From Candidatus Thorarchaeota archaeon (GTDB lineage: Archaea > Asgardarchaeota > Thorarchaeia > Thorarchaeales > Thorarchaeaceae): a DNA stretch of 18,466 nt. The stretch is taken from the NCBI GenBank assembly GCA_048884965.1, contig JBHLQH010000049.1, positions 1 through 18,466 of the forward strand, given 5' to 3'. Below the pieces are notes generated by a model. The model saw nothing but the letters and a program-made list of their open reading frames with translations. It was not told the origin of the DNA and ran no database searches. The stretch's first letter is position 1. Each line of letters opens with the position of its first letter. This document shows, piece after piece, positions 1 to 6,932 of the stretch. A program made the position numbers and the translations under genes.

Positions 1-2
1 CG

Positions 3-68
3 GCATGGCAAGAAGGATATAAAATGACGCTAGAAGAAGCAATTTCAAGCGTGACCAGTAATATCTGA
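3..68 (+). CDS. C-terminal end of a gene entering from the left edge (AWQEGYKMTLEEAISSVTSNI*), resembling the helical tail of TPR/ATPase-TPR proteins
   Basis: Open frame from base 3 to TGA at 66-68; W-x-EG-x-x-MTLEEAI pattern recalled from TPR-protein C-termini; truncated by the window. Confidence 0.45.
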   Translation, partial: AWQEGYKMTLEEAISSVTSNI

Positions 69-209
69 GTGTATTTCATTAAAAGGGATCGCATAGTAAT
101 GCTATCTCTAATCCATCCTACAATCAAGTAATACTCATGTCATACCACTTTGGTTTCGCTACCATCGGGGTGGAAACATCCCTCTCTATCTTTCTTATTT
201 CTTGATACA

Positions 210-710
210 TTAATCTTCCCAAATGAAGACATGATTGCATTGGTCATGACCTTCCATCAACGTCTTTGTTCGTTTCAACTTTAATCTGGGATTCATAGTC
301 TTAATGAATGAGTGATCTTGATCACAACCAATAATCAATCCCAATTCTTCCGCACCAAGATCTCGAAAGGTCTTCGCGAACAAACATTCTGAATAGCTGC
401 AATGTAACTCAGTATCTGATTCATGTGGAAAGTCAACAGAAACAACTTGTGAGAAGTACTCCCCATATGATACAGTCTTCCAATAATTCTTGAATTCCTC
501 AAAACTCGAGGCTCGTTCCTCGCCAACTGATTTTATACTTGAGCGTTCACTCCAATCCCGAACAACTTTCAGAAGTTCTTCTCGCGGTATCACCTTTTCG
601 AGTTCGTTGAAGAAAGATACTAAACGAGTGTACCTCTGGTGGAAGAGTTGTTGATATGTGATTTGAATCTTATTTTGAAACTTGTGTGATTGGTTCTCTG
701 CCATTGTCAA
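210..710 (-). CDS. L-2-amino-thiazoline-4-carboxylic acid (ATC) hydrolase family protein (V4R-like fold)
   Basis: Signature ECLFAKTFRDLGAEELGLIIGCDQD...KLKRTKTLMEGHDQCNHVF; start is TTG at 710 or ATG at 704. Confidence 0.8.
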   Translation of the reverse strand: MTMAENQSHKFQNKIQITYQQLFHQRYTRLVSFFNELEKVIPREELLKVVRDWSERSSIKSVGEERASSFEEFKNYWKTVSYGEYFSQVVSVDFPHESDTELHCSYSECLFAKTFRDLGAEELGLIIGCDQDHSFIKTMNPRLKLKRTKTLMEGHDQCNHVFIWED

Positions 711-818
711 TCCTCATATGAAGGATTTACTTCAAGTATAAGGACACCAAATAATAGTATGAACAACGCAATTTTGAAGTTGCGTGTCCACTCTTTCAGT
801 CTTACAAGAGAGGAGACT

Positions 819-998
819 ATGAATGCGATCTGCAGGTCAGAGTGCTTAGAAATTGCGCCAGAGTACAAGAGAAAAGAGCTATTTGCCAAAGCCGATATCA
901 AAGCCAAGAAAGAATTGGTCAAGCTATTTGAAGCCAAGACAGCCCCTGAGCTTTACTTTGCGCTCGATGGTGAGATAATCGGTTTTGTGAATGAATGA
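819..998 (+). CDS. Small hypothetical protein (59 aa), possibly part of a decayed gene
   Basis: GAGGAG Shine-Dalgarno 3 nt before ATG 819; protein-like composition; stop overlaps the next ATG (ATGA at 995-998). Confidence 0.4.
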   Translation: MNAICRSECLEIAPEYKRKELFAKADIKAKKELVKLFEAKTAPELYFALDGEIIGFVNE

Positions 999-1204
999 TT
1001 GACAAAGACCGAGTTTCGAAATGCATTGGATGACTCTCTTGAAGAGTTGCAATAGATTTGAAAAGACAATTCCAATGATACGTGCTTCTAGAAATAGATG
1101 ACACAGCCAAAAATCGAGTTGGCTTGGTTGAAAAAGTGAAAATTCAGATTCAGCAAGACGGGGGGATGTGCATCCGGATTGGAATACATATGCTATCTAA
1201 ATAG
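995..1204 (+). pseudogene. Possible fragmented gene remnant
   Basis: Coupled ATG at 995 opens only 12 codons; protein-like pieces continue in other frames (TKTEFRNALDDSLEELQ*; 1082-1204 VLLEIDDTAKNRVGLVEKVKIQIQQDGG...). Confidence 0.25.
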
Positions 1205-1208
1205 AAAA

Positions 1209-1231
1209 TGGTAGCGGGTGAAGGATTTGAA
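1209..1231 (-). repeat. Exact inverted copy of the 3' 23 nt of the neighbouring tRNA-iMet (att-like site)
   Basis: Reverse complement of 1209-1231 is TTCAAATCCTTCACCCGCTACCA, identical to 1501-1523. Confidence 0.95.
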
Positions 1232-1316
1232 GTGCCTTCCTGGATGACCTCTCTGTCTTTGATGGGTTGTTGGTATCCTGCTTGCACTTGTCAGGTCCGA
1301 GAATGCAGGGACTCAT

Positions 1317-1330
1317 GAAAAGCCTTAAAA
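1317..1330 (+). promoter_or_regulatory. Putative BRE/TATA promoter of the tRNA
   Basis: GAAAAG-CCTTAAAA about 50 nt upstream of the tRNA 5' end. Confidence 0.45.
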
Positions 1331-1402
1331 CTCGGAGCAGTGCTTTCTCTTTTACGACCAACACAATTGGTTTTCCAAGATTAGCGGGTTGGGGAAGCCA
1401 GG

Positions 1403-1436
1403 TGGCGTTTGGAGTCATTCCGAACGTCTGGCATTC
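1403..1436 (+). other. Non-canonical D-loop tRNA intron (about position 19/20 or 20/21; boundaries +/-2 nt)
   Basis: GCCA(1397-1400)/TGGC(1429-1432) 4-bp helix, 3-nt bulge GGT, 10-bp intron hairpin 1404-1413/1419-1428: bulge-helix-loop; removal restores GGGAAGCCAGGTATCCC. Confidence 0.85.
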
Positions 1437-1454
1437 TATCCCGCGGGGCTCATA

Positions 1455-1484
1455 AGGCGCAGCCTGAGAGCTTCGCACGGGGAC
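1455..1484 (+). other. Canonical 37/38 tRNA intron (30 nt)
   Basis: Interrupts the anticodon loop CTCATA^A; relaxed BHB with CTC pairing to GGG at 1480-1482 and one mismatch in the central helix. Confidence 0.9.
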
Positions 1485-1577
1485 ACCCCGAGATCGAAGG
1501 TTCAAATCCTTCACCCGCTACCACCTCTTCTTCTAACAAGCAGTTCTAATAGATTCCTTTGACGTTGCTCCAGACGG

Positions 1578-1592
1578 TGAAGGACTTATCTT
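1578..1592 (+). promoter_or_regulatory. Conserved upstream element / probable promoter of gelsolin gene 1
   Basis: TGAAGGACTTATCTT, identical to 2321-2335 and at the same distance from its ATG; spacing fits a leaderless archaeal promoter. Confidence 0.6.
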
Positions 1593-1615
1593 TATTCGAT
1601 ACTAGAACCAATCAA

Positions 1616-2197
1616 ATGATATGGAATTGGTTCTCAGTCAATGTGAATGGAAACTGGATTGATTTTCAAACATCTGGCAAGCTGGGCATTACGATAGTCA
1701 TCAGGTATAATGATGAGATTGTAGTCACCGAAAGGATGGGGGCCTTTTCTTCTAGACACAGATCGTTCGAATTCGAAGGTGAGGAGGATGGCTCGAATGT
1801 TCGTTATCTCGTAGAGATGATTCCGTTGTACCGCACATTGAGTTTCATTCTATACAGAGATGGAGTGCTAATTCTAACATCTCAAAGAACACGAAAGAAG
1901 ATTCCTCCTTCAGTCGACTTAGATACACCAGCACGATGTTATACGATACAGGACTCAGGCGAGGTCATCGAGATAGCAGAGGGAGCTGTAAACCTGGATT
2001 CATCAAGTGTCTATTGTTTTGTTCACAATGGCAGAAAAACCATCTATCTTTGGAGGGGGAGAAACGCAGGTTTCCGAATGAGGATTCTAGGTACAGAAGC
2101 TGCAGATGCCTTGAAAAAGCAGTTTGGACGCGACTTTAGGATACAGTACATTGACGAGGGTGCTGAGCCGGCAGGATTCATGAATGTAGTTAGATGA
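1616..2197 (+). CDS. Gelsolin-domain protein with N-terminal beta-rich domain (paralog 1)
   Basis: C-terminal LDSSSVYCFVHNGRKTIYLWRGRNA...IQYIDEGAEPAGF matches the gelsolin repeat; start moved to ATG 1616 by alignment with paralog 2. Confidence 0.85.
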   Translation: MIWNWFSVNVNGNWIDFQTSGKLGITIVIRYNDEIVVTERMGAFSSRHRSFEFEGEEDGSNVRYLVEMIPLYRTLSFILYRDGVLILTSQRTRKKIPPSVDLDTPARCYTIQDSGEVIEIAEGAVNLDSSSVYCFVHNGRKTIYLWRGRNAGFRMRILGTEAADALKKQFGRDFRIQYIDEGAEPAGFMNVVR

Positions 2198-2253
2198 TCA
2201 TTTCTGAACTTGATGCCATTCCTTCTCATCATGTAATAGTTGAATCTCTACAA

Positions 2254-2276
2254 CCTCAACCTGCTACCACTTCTTC
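2254..2276 (+). repeat. Degenerate direct copy of the tRNA 3' end and trailer; tandem duplication junction
   Basis: CCTCAACCTGCTACCACTTCTTC vs 1508-1530 CCTTCACCCGCTACCACCTCTTC (19/23). Confidence 0.8.
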
Positions 2277-2320
2277 GAAGTCTTTCTTCCAATAGACTTC
2301 CGTGATGCTTCTCTGAATGA

Positions 2321-2335
2321 TGAAGGACTTATCTT
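2321..2335 (+). promoter_or_regulatory. Conserved upstream element / probable promoter of gelsolin gene 2
   Basis: Identical 15-mer to 1578-1592, same spacing to ATG 2359. Confidence 0.6.
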
Positions 2336-2358
2336 GTTTCAGTACATGAGTCAGCCAA

Positions 2359-2937
2359 ATGAAATGGAATGGGATATCCTTCAGTGTAAATGGGAATTGG
2401 ATAGATTTCTGGATTGAGGTGAACTGGAGGAGAAAGGCGATAATTGAGTACAATGGAGAACCAGTAGTGACTGAGAAACTTGGATTGATTAATTCAAGAA
2501 GAATATTCGAATTTGACATCTTTGAGGAGGGAATATCTGTGAACTATCTCATAGAGATGTCTCCAATAGGACACTCAGTAGGGTTCGAGGTGTTTAGAGA
2601 TGGTGAGCCTATCATTGTAGTCAGGGGTGATCGGAAGAATCTTCTCAAACAAGCCACACTTGGTGGAGAGATAAAATGCTATGAGGTTGTAAGCTCTGAA
2701 AAAACCATTGAGATACCAAGAGGTGGAATGAACATGGACTCATCAAGCGTCTATTGTTTGGTGCATCCAAACAGAAGAACCATATATCTTTGGAAGGGGA
2801 AGAATGCAGGGTTCCTAATGAAGCTCAATGGTGATAGCGCTGCAGCAAGACTAAGGGGTGAGTTAGGAATCAACTATAGAATTGTACGTATAGAAGAAGG
2901 CGATGAACCCTCTGAATTCAGAGGAGTGTTCGAATAG
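2359..2937 (+). CDS. Gelsolin-domain protein with N-terminal beta-rich domain (paralog 2)
   Basis: MDSSSVYCLVHPNRRTIYLWKGKNAG...IVRIEEGDEPSEF gelsolin motif; colinear with 1616-2197 over the full length. Confidence 0.85.
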   Translation: MKWNGISFSVNGNWIDFWIEVNWRRKAIIEYNGEPVVTEKLGLINSRRIFEFDIFEEGISVNYLIEMSPIGHSVGFEVFRDGEPIIVVRGDRKNLLKQATLGGEIKCYEVVSSEKTIEIPRGGMNMDSSSVYCLVHPNRRTIYLWKGKNAGFLMKLNGDSAAARLRGELGINYRIVRIEEGDEPSEFRGVFE

Positions 2938-3029
2938 GAGAAACTGTTCATCAATAGTTCCTTTTCTTGTAATAGTTGACCTCAAAAGAGAAGAGGGGGA
3001 CAGGTATCTGTCAGCAGTGACGGTGTTCA

Positions 3030-3290
3030 ATGATGATCTTCGAGATTGGGTTTCTAGTTGCGGTCTATGCCATATGGCTCCTTACACTGGTCAATTCCAT
3101 GGTATCCAGTGAGGAGGTGTCTCTCACCGTAGCAACGATCCCTTTCATCGTGACCTTTCCCATAGCCCTTATCCTAGCTGCAGCTGCTGAAGTATACGTT
3201 CCAGGCATCTTCATGATTGATGTCCTAGTGACATCTATCGTGGGAGTACTCATCTTCGTGCGATGGGTCATGGCGATTGCTGGCGAATGA
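3030..3290 (+). CDS. Small hypothetical membrane protein (about 3 TM helices)
   Basis: 86 aa with three hydrophobic stretches; fills the gap convergent to rps27ae. Confidence 0.65.
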   Translation: MMIFEIGFLVAVYAIWLLTLVNSMVSSEEVSLTVATIPFIVTFPIALILAAAAEVYVPGIFMIDVLVTSIVGVLIFVRWVMAIAGE

Positions 3291-3325
3291 TTGGCCGGCA
3301 ATGCACCTTTGAAAAATAGTCCGAG

Positions 3326-3487
3326 TTACTTCTCTTTGCGCTTGAACTCGGTGTAGCCGCAGCGACCGCATGCAAAACGGTTGTAATGCTCGGCCATGTA
3401 GGTACCCTTCTCGCATCGAGGGCATGTCCTCTTTACGGAAGATATCTTTCCTGTCTTAGAATCGACTTTGTATAGCTTGTGTGACAT
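3326..3487 (-). CDS. rps27ae: 30S ribosomal protein S27ae (eS31), missing from the ORF track
   Basis: Manual translation MSHKLYKVDSKTGKISSVKRTCPRCEKGTYMAEHYNRFACGRCGYTEFKRKEK; C4 zinc ribbon; ATG abuts the rps24e stop. Confidence 0.95.
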   Translation of the reverse strand: MSHKLYKVDSKTGKISSVKRTCPRCEKGTYMAEHYNRFACGRCGYTEFKRKEK

Positions 3488-3790
3488 CTATTCTCCCTCG
3501 CTTGGTTTCTTCTTGGACGCATGTCGCTTCAAGATATGTCCGAGTTCCACTCGCTTCAGCTGCTCTTCGTCAGCATAGATTCTAGCGAGGCCTTCAGAGA
3601 TACCTGCTCCGAACGTGGTATCCATAAATCTGATCACCACAGTGGAAGCGCTTGCATCATATTGTGCAACAATCTTGCTTCGGACATCTAGTCTGCTTGG
3701 AGTGGTGCCTCCTTGATGGTCTATTCTGAACTCAATCTCTTTTCTTCCGAGAGTCTTGTTCTCCGTTTCCTTTAGAATTTCGAGTTTCAT
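3488..3790 (-). CDS. rps24e: 30S ribosomal protein S24e
   Basis: MKLEILKETENKTLGRKEIEF...TPSRLDVR...TTFGAGISEGLARIY; likely ATG 3790 after GAGTGA. Confidence 0.95.
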   Translation of the reverse strand: MKLEILKETENKTLGRKEIEFRIDHQGGTTPSRLDVRSKIVAQYDASASTVVIRFMDTTFGAGISEGLARIYADEEQLKRVELGHILKRHASKKKPSEGE

Positions 3791-3855
3791 TGGCATCACT
3801 CTTTAATTATTGTAGCCCGTGCAATCAGGGTTCAGGCAGCCCACTTGGGGTTGTC

Positions 3856-3869
3856 TAATAAAGTTTTCA
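3856..3869 (-). promoter_or_regulatory. Putative BRE/TATA for rps24e-rps27ae
   Basis: Minus strand reads GAAAAC-TTTATTAG. Confidence 0.5.
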
Positions 3870-3890
3870 CCAGTGACAAAGATTCGAGTG

Positions 3891-4103
3891 TTAACGAACC
3901 TTGAGCGCATATTTTCCGGGCTTGTCGATATTGAGGCGCTCTGCGATATACGATGACTTTCGAGGGTCATCATGAACGTCACGACCAGGAAGAATCACGA
4001 CCACACCAGTATAGGAGGTCGAAAGGTTCGTGCTCTTACAGTTTGGACACTGTGGTTCAGCGGTCAGAAAATGACATTCGCGACATGCTTTGGGTCGAGC
4101 CAT
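3891..4103 (-). CDS. spt4: Transcription elongation factor Spt4 (RpoE2)
   Basis: KACRECH...CPNC zinc ribbon, SYIAERLNIDKPGKYALKVR end; directly downstream of rpoE1. Confidence 0.95.
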   Translation of the reverse strand: MARPKACRECHFLTAEPQCPNCKSTNLSTSYTGVVVILPGRDVHDDPRKSSYIAERLNIDKPGKYALKVR

Positions 4104-4119
4104 GAGAAGTCACCAGATC

Positions 4120-4722
4120 CTACTCTTTCTTCTTCTCCTTCTTTGTTTCGCCTCGGGCAGCCTTGACGTCCTCATCGATCCAAGATACGTCAGGACCGAC
4201 CTTTCCAAGGAAGGGCTGTCGCATTGTTAGACCAAGCTTTCCGGACCTGTTGCCAGATTCGAAGCTGATGGAGGTTATCCGAGCTCTCACTTGGTCGCCC
4301 TCTGAGAGAGTTCGTCCAGTTTCCTTTCCGAGGAGTGAGTTGCCCTTTGAGTCCTGTGTGATGAAATCATCACATATTTGGCTGACATGACAAAGACCAT
4401 CAAGTGGGCCCATCCTGATGAATGCGCCAAAGTCCATCAGTTCTACAACATTGCCTTCGACAAGCTCTCCACGAACTGGCTTGAACACCAGTACTTGATA
4501 CTGCACAGTATGATAGGTCGCACCATCTCCAGGCATCAACCTTCCCTGTCCAATCTCATCGATGTCAATCACGGCGATCATGAGACCAATGTCACGATCT
4601 AGTACGTTCTCACTGGTTTTCCGAAGGTGAGATATCGCTGCCTTCTCTAGTGGAGCACCAAACTCCTTTGGGGGGATACGTACTACATCACGCACTGTTA
4701 CTACTGAATACGACTTTTTCAC
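4120..4722 (-). CDS. rpoE1: DNA-directed RNA polymerase subunit E' (Rpo7)
   Basis: DVVRIPPKEFG, PGDGATYH, FGAFIRMGPLDGLCHVSQI, LTMRQPFLGK; GTG start. Confidence 0.97.
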   Translation of the reverse strand: MKKSYSVVTVRDVVRIPPKEFGAPLEKAAISHLRKTSENVLDRDIGLMIAVIDIDEIGQGRLMPGDGATYHTVQYQVLVFKPVRGELVEGNVVELMDFGAFIRMGPLDGLCHVSQICDDFITQDSKGNSLLGKETGRTLSEGDQVRARITSISFESGNRSGKLGLTMRQPFLGKVGPDVSWIDEDVKAARGETKKEKKKE

Positions 4723-5120
4723 TTCCTAGGGTCTTTTAAGGCACGTCAGAATTCAATCCGATTAATGTTCTCTTTTAATCATTTTGATATATTCGATTGG
4801 ATTGCCAGCGGATGCGTGGGAAATAGTGGTAGGAGGGGAGATTTCGTAATTTAGGGTATGTAACGAAAAACTAACCCACGTGCCCGCTGTTCTGTCCATA
4901 CGTTTAGCTTCCTAATATGTCCATTGTTACGTATTCGCGATTTGTAATGAGTGATATTCAGCTACTTGTCGATGTGTTGGATTCGATTTCGATATGTCAA
5001 ATCTGTCAGAATTATCTCTACCCTAGGAAGGAATTGACGTGGGGAAGGTATGTAATCAGGAATCGGATTGTAGGAATGAATGATTCAAGTCTTCATCGAA
5101 GACAGGGGTTCGTCACTTGC

Positions 5121-5543
5121 TCAAAGGACACTACCATCCAGAACTAACTGCTTCTGCCCACGGAGAATAAGTACTGGTACACCGAACGCTTTTGCTTTCT
5201 TTTTGAGGGCTCTATCGTTGGTTGCTAGAACGCCTTCTACACTTCTTGTATACTCAAGGATTTGGTCATCGACGTTGTCAATAGAAGGAAGTCCCTCAGG
5301 ACCTACTATCGTGCATCGATTGACAAGTTCCAATGCGATCCTGAAATGGCGTTCCTCGGTCTTACTCGTTGGAAAATCAAGCTTCCTTTTTAGTTCGTTC
5401 AAGGATGATGAAAGAATGATGAACTCAAGTTTGCGTTCAAGAACTCTCTCAGCTTCAGCGAAGATATCTACACCGAACTGAGCAGGTACCGCGATAAAAT
5501 TGGTATCAATGACTACAGATAGCGGCATGATGCTCACGGCCAA
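5121..5543 (-). CDS. PIN-domain protein (Fcf1/Utp24-like, COG1412 type)
   Basis: VVIDTNF...NEL...VDDQIL...LATNDRALKKK...GVPVLILR; usual position after aIF2-gamma. Confidence 0.9.
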   Translation of the reverse strand: MAVSIMPLSVVIDTNFIAVPAQFGVDIFAEAERVLERKLEFIILSSSLNELKRKLDFPTSKTEERHFRIALELVNRCTIVGPEGLPSIDNVDDQILEYTRSVEGVLATNDRALKKKAKAFGVPVLILRGQKQLVLDGSVL

Positions 5544-5546
5544 GGA

Positions 5547-6782
5547 CTAGAGCTCTGCATATCCGATAAGCCGCCATTTATTATCGACTCGGCGACCGAT
5601 GGCCATCCTTTGGCCCTCTTCGGCGACAACAGGTCGCTTCAACTCAAGCTCGATATCATTGCCGTGAAGACGAGTAATAATGCCTACAGTTGCCGCTGTT
5701 CCTACGACCAGCATCAAGGGCTCGTTCAAGCGCAGATTGTCAACGGCTTTTTTGGACTCGGATCCTACTACTCGTTCCATGAGCTGGGGAGTTATCATCA
5801 TCTTCTCAAGTGCCTTTGACATCTTGCCAGCTTTACCAACCACATTACCAACGAGTCGATCAGCTCGAGTGGATGCTGGATCTAGCTCTGTACCAACACC
5901 AATCAGTCCTCCTGGATAGGCTTCCTCCAAGCTGTTTCCACTACCAGAGAGGAGACTGGAAACTCGCGCCTTGATTGGTTCAAATCCCTTCTCGGTCTTC
6001 TGACCTGGAGATATCTCAATCTCATCACCAATCTTCAGCTTACCTTGAACGATTGAACCTCCAACGACACCACCCTTCAGGTCCTTTGGAAGGCTTCCGG
6101 GCTTGTTTATGTCGAATGACCTAGCGATATACATCTTAGGTGGAGCCTCAGCGTCCCTATCAGGCGTGGCAATTCGTTCTTGAATTGCTGCGATTAGAAG
6201 GTCAGCATTTGCACCAAAGACTGCTGAAAAGGGGACTATAGGAGCGTCTTCAGCAACAGTCCCTTTTACGAACTCCTTGATTTGCTTGTAATGCTTCAGG
6301 GCTTGCTCCTTGCTCACGAGCTCGATCTTGTTCTGGACGATTATCAGGTTCTTGACTCCGACGATCTGAAGTGCGTGAAGGTGCTCTGCAGTTTGAGGCA
6401 TGGGACAAGGTTCATTGGCTGCTATGACAAGTATGGCACCATCCATCAGACTCGCTCCACTAAGACATGTTGCCATCAGAGACTCATGACCGGGACTGTC
6501 TACAAAGGAGATCTCTCTCAAGGTTTCAAGCTTACCACCACATTTGGGACACTTGCCATCTTGTGCGAGGTGAGATGTAGTGTAACCATCAGGGCCACTA
6601 CAGGATTTGCATTTCATGATCTTGGTCGCTGCATAGCCTAACCGAATCGAGATTCCACGACGTACTTCGTCAGAATGACGGTCCGTCCACTCTCCGGTCA
6701 GATAGCTTACCATAGTGGTCTTTCCGTGGTCTACATGACCTAATGCGCCAATACTAACTTCGGACTGTCCCTGATATTTCAC
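5547..6782 (-). CDS. eif2g: Translation initiation factor 2 gamma subunit (aIF2-gamma)
   Basis: [18 protein letters not shown], zinc knuckle, [25 protein letters not shown]; GTG start. Confidence 0.98.
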   Translation of the reverse strand: MKYQGQSEVSIGALGHVDHGKTTMVSYLTGEWTDRHSDEVRRGISIRLGYAATKIMKCKSCSGPDGYTTSHLAQDGKCPKCGGKLETLREISFVDSPGHESLMATCLSGASLMDGAILVIAANEPCPMPQTAEHLHALQIVGVKNLIIVQNKIELVSKEQALKHYKQIKEFVKGTVAEDAPIVPFSAVFGANADLLIAAIQERIATPDRDAEAPPKMYIARSFDINKPGSLPKDLKGGVVGGSIVQGKLKIGDEIEISPGQKTEKGFEPIKARVSSLLSGSGNSLEEAYPGGLIGVGTELDPASTRADRLVGNVVGKAGKMSKALEKMMITPQLMERVVGSESKKAVDNLRLNEPLMLVVGTAATVGIITRLHGNDIELELKRPVVAEEGQRMAIGRRVDNKWRLIGYAEL

Positions 6783-6932
6783 CTGAGTATCACTTCCAAC
6801 ATCCCTTAGGAGTCAAGTTTGTTGAACTCAAAAGAATCCATATGAACCCTATGGTTTGGGGCATATCCAATATGGAGCATTGCATGAGGTTTGAAACAGA
6901 GGCACAAGGAATCAAAATAGAACAAGGGTGCT

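Larger units (their letters stand above)
1383..1523 (+). tRNA. tRNA-iMet (CAT), initiator, with two introns and encoded CCA
   Basis: Acceptor AGCGGGT/ACCCGCT with A1-U72; D-stem GGGA/TCCC; anticodon stem CGGGG/CCCCG with consecutive G-C pairs; CAT at 1451-1453; T-arm GAAGG-TTCAAAT-CCTTC; ACCA end. Confidence 0.95.

Noticed and set aside
157-164. CGCTACCA matching the tRNA 3' end
   Set aside because: 8 nt only, flanks do not match
1232-1300. Second complete or split tRNA on the minus strand
   Set aside because: No D-arm, anticodon arm or 5' acceptor strand upstream of the 23-nt copy, and no leader complementary to a 5' half is visible
1197-1514. ORFs of 105 aa (-) and 62 aa (+) over the tRNA
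   Set aside because: Shadow frames overlapping a tRNA; no protein features
1559-1615. TTG-started N-terminal extension of gelsolin gene 1
   Set aside because: Aligns with the non-coding promoter region of paralog 2; ATG 1616 is the equivalent start
4917-5147. 76-aa + strand ORF in the PIN-rpoE1 spacer
   Set aside because: No SD or motif, atypical composition, overlaps the PIN gene end
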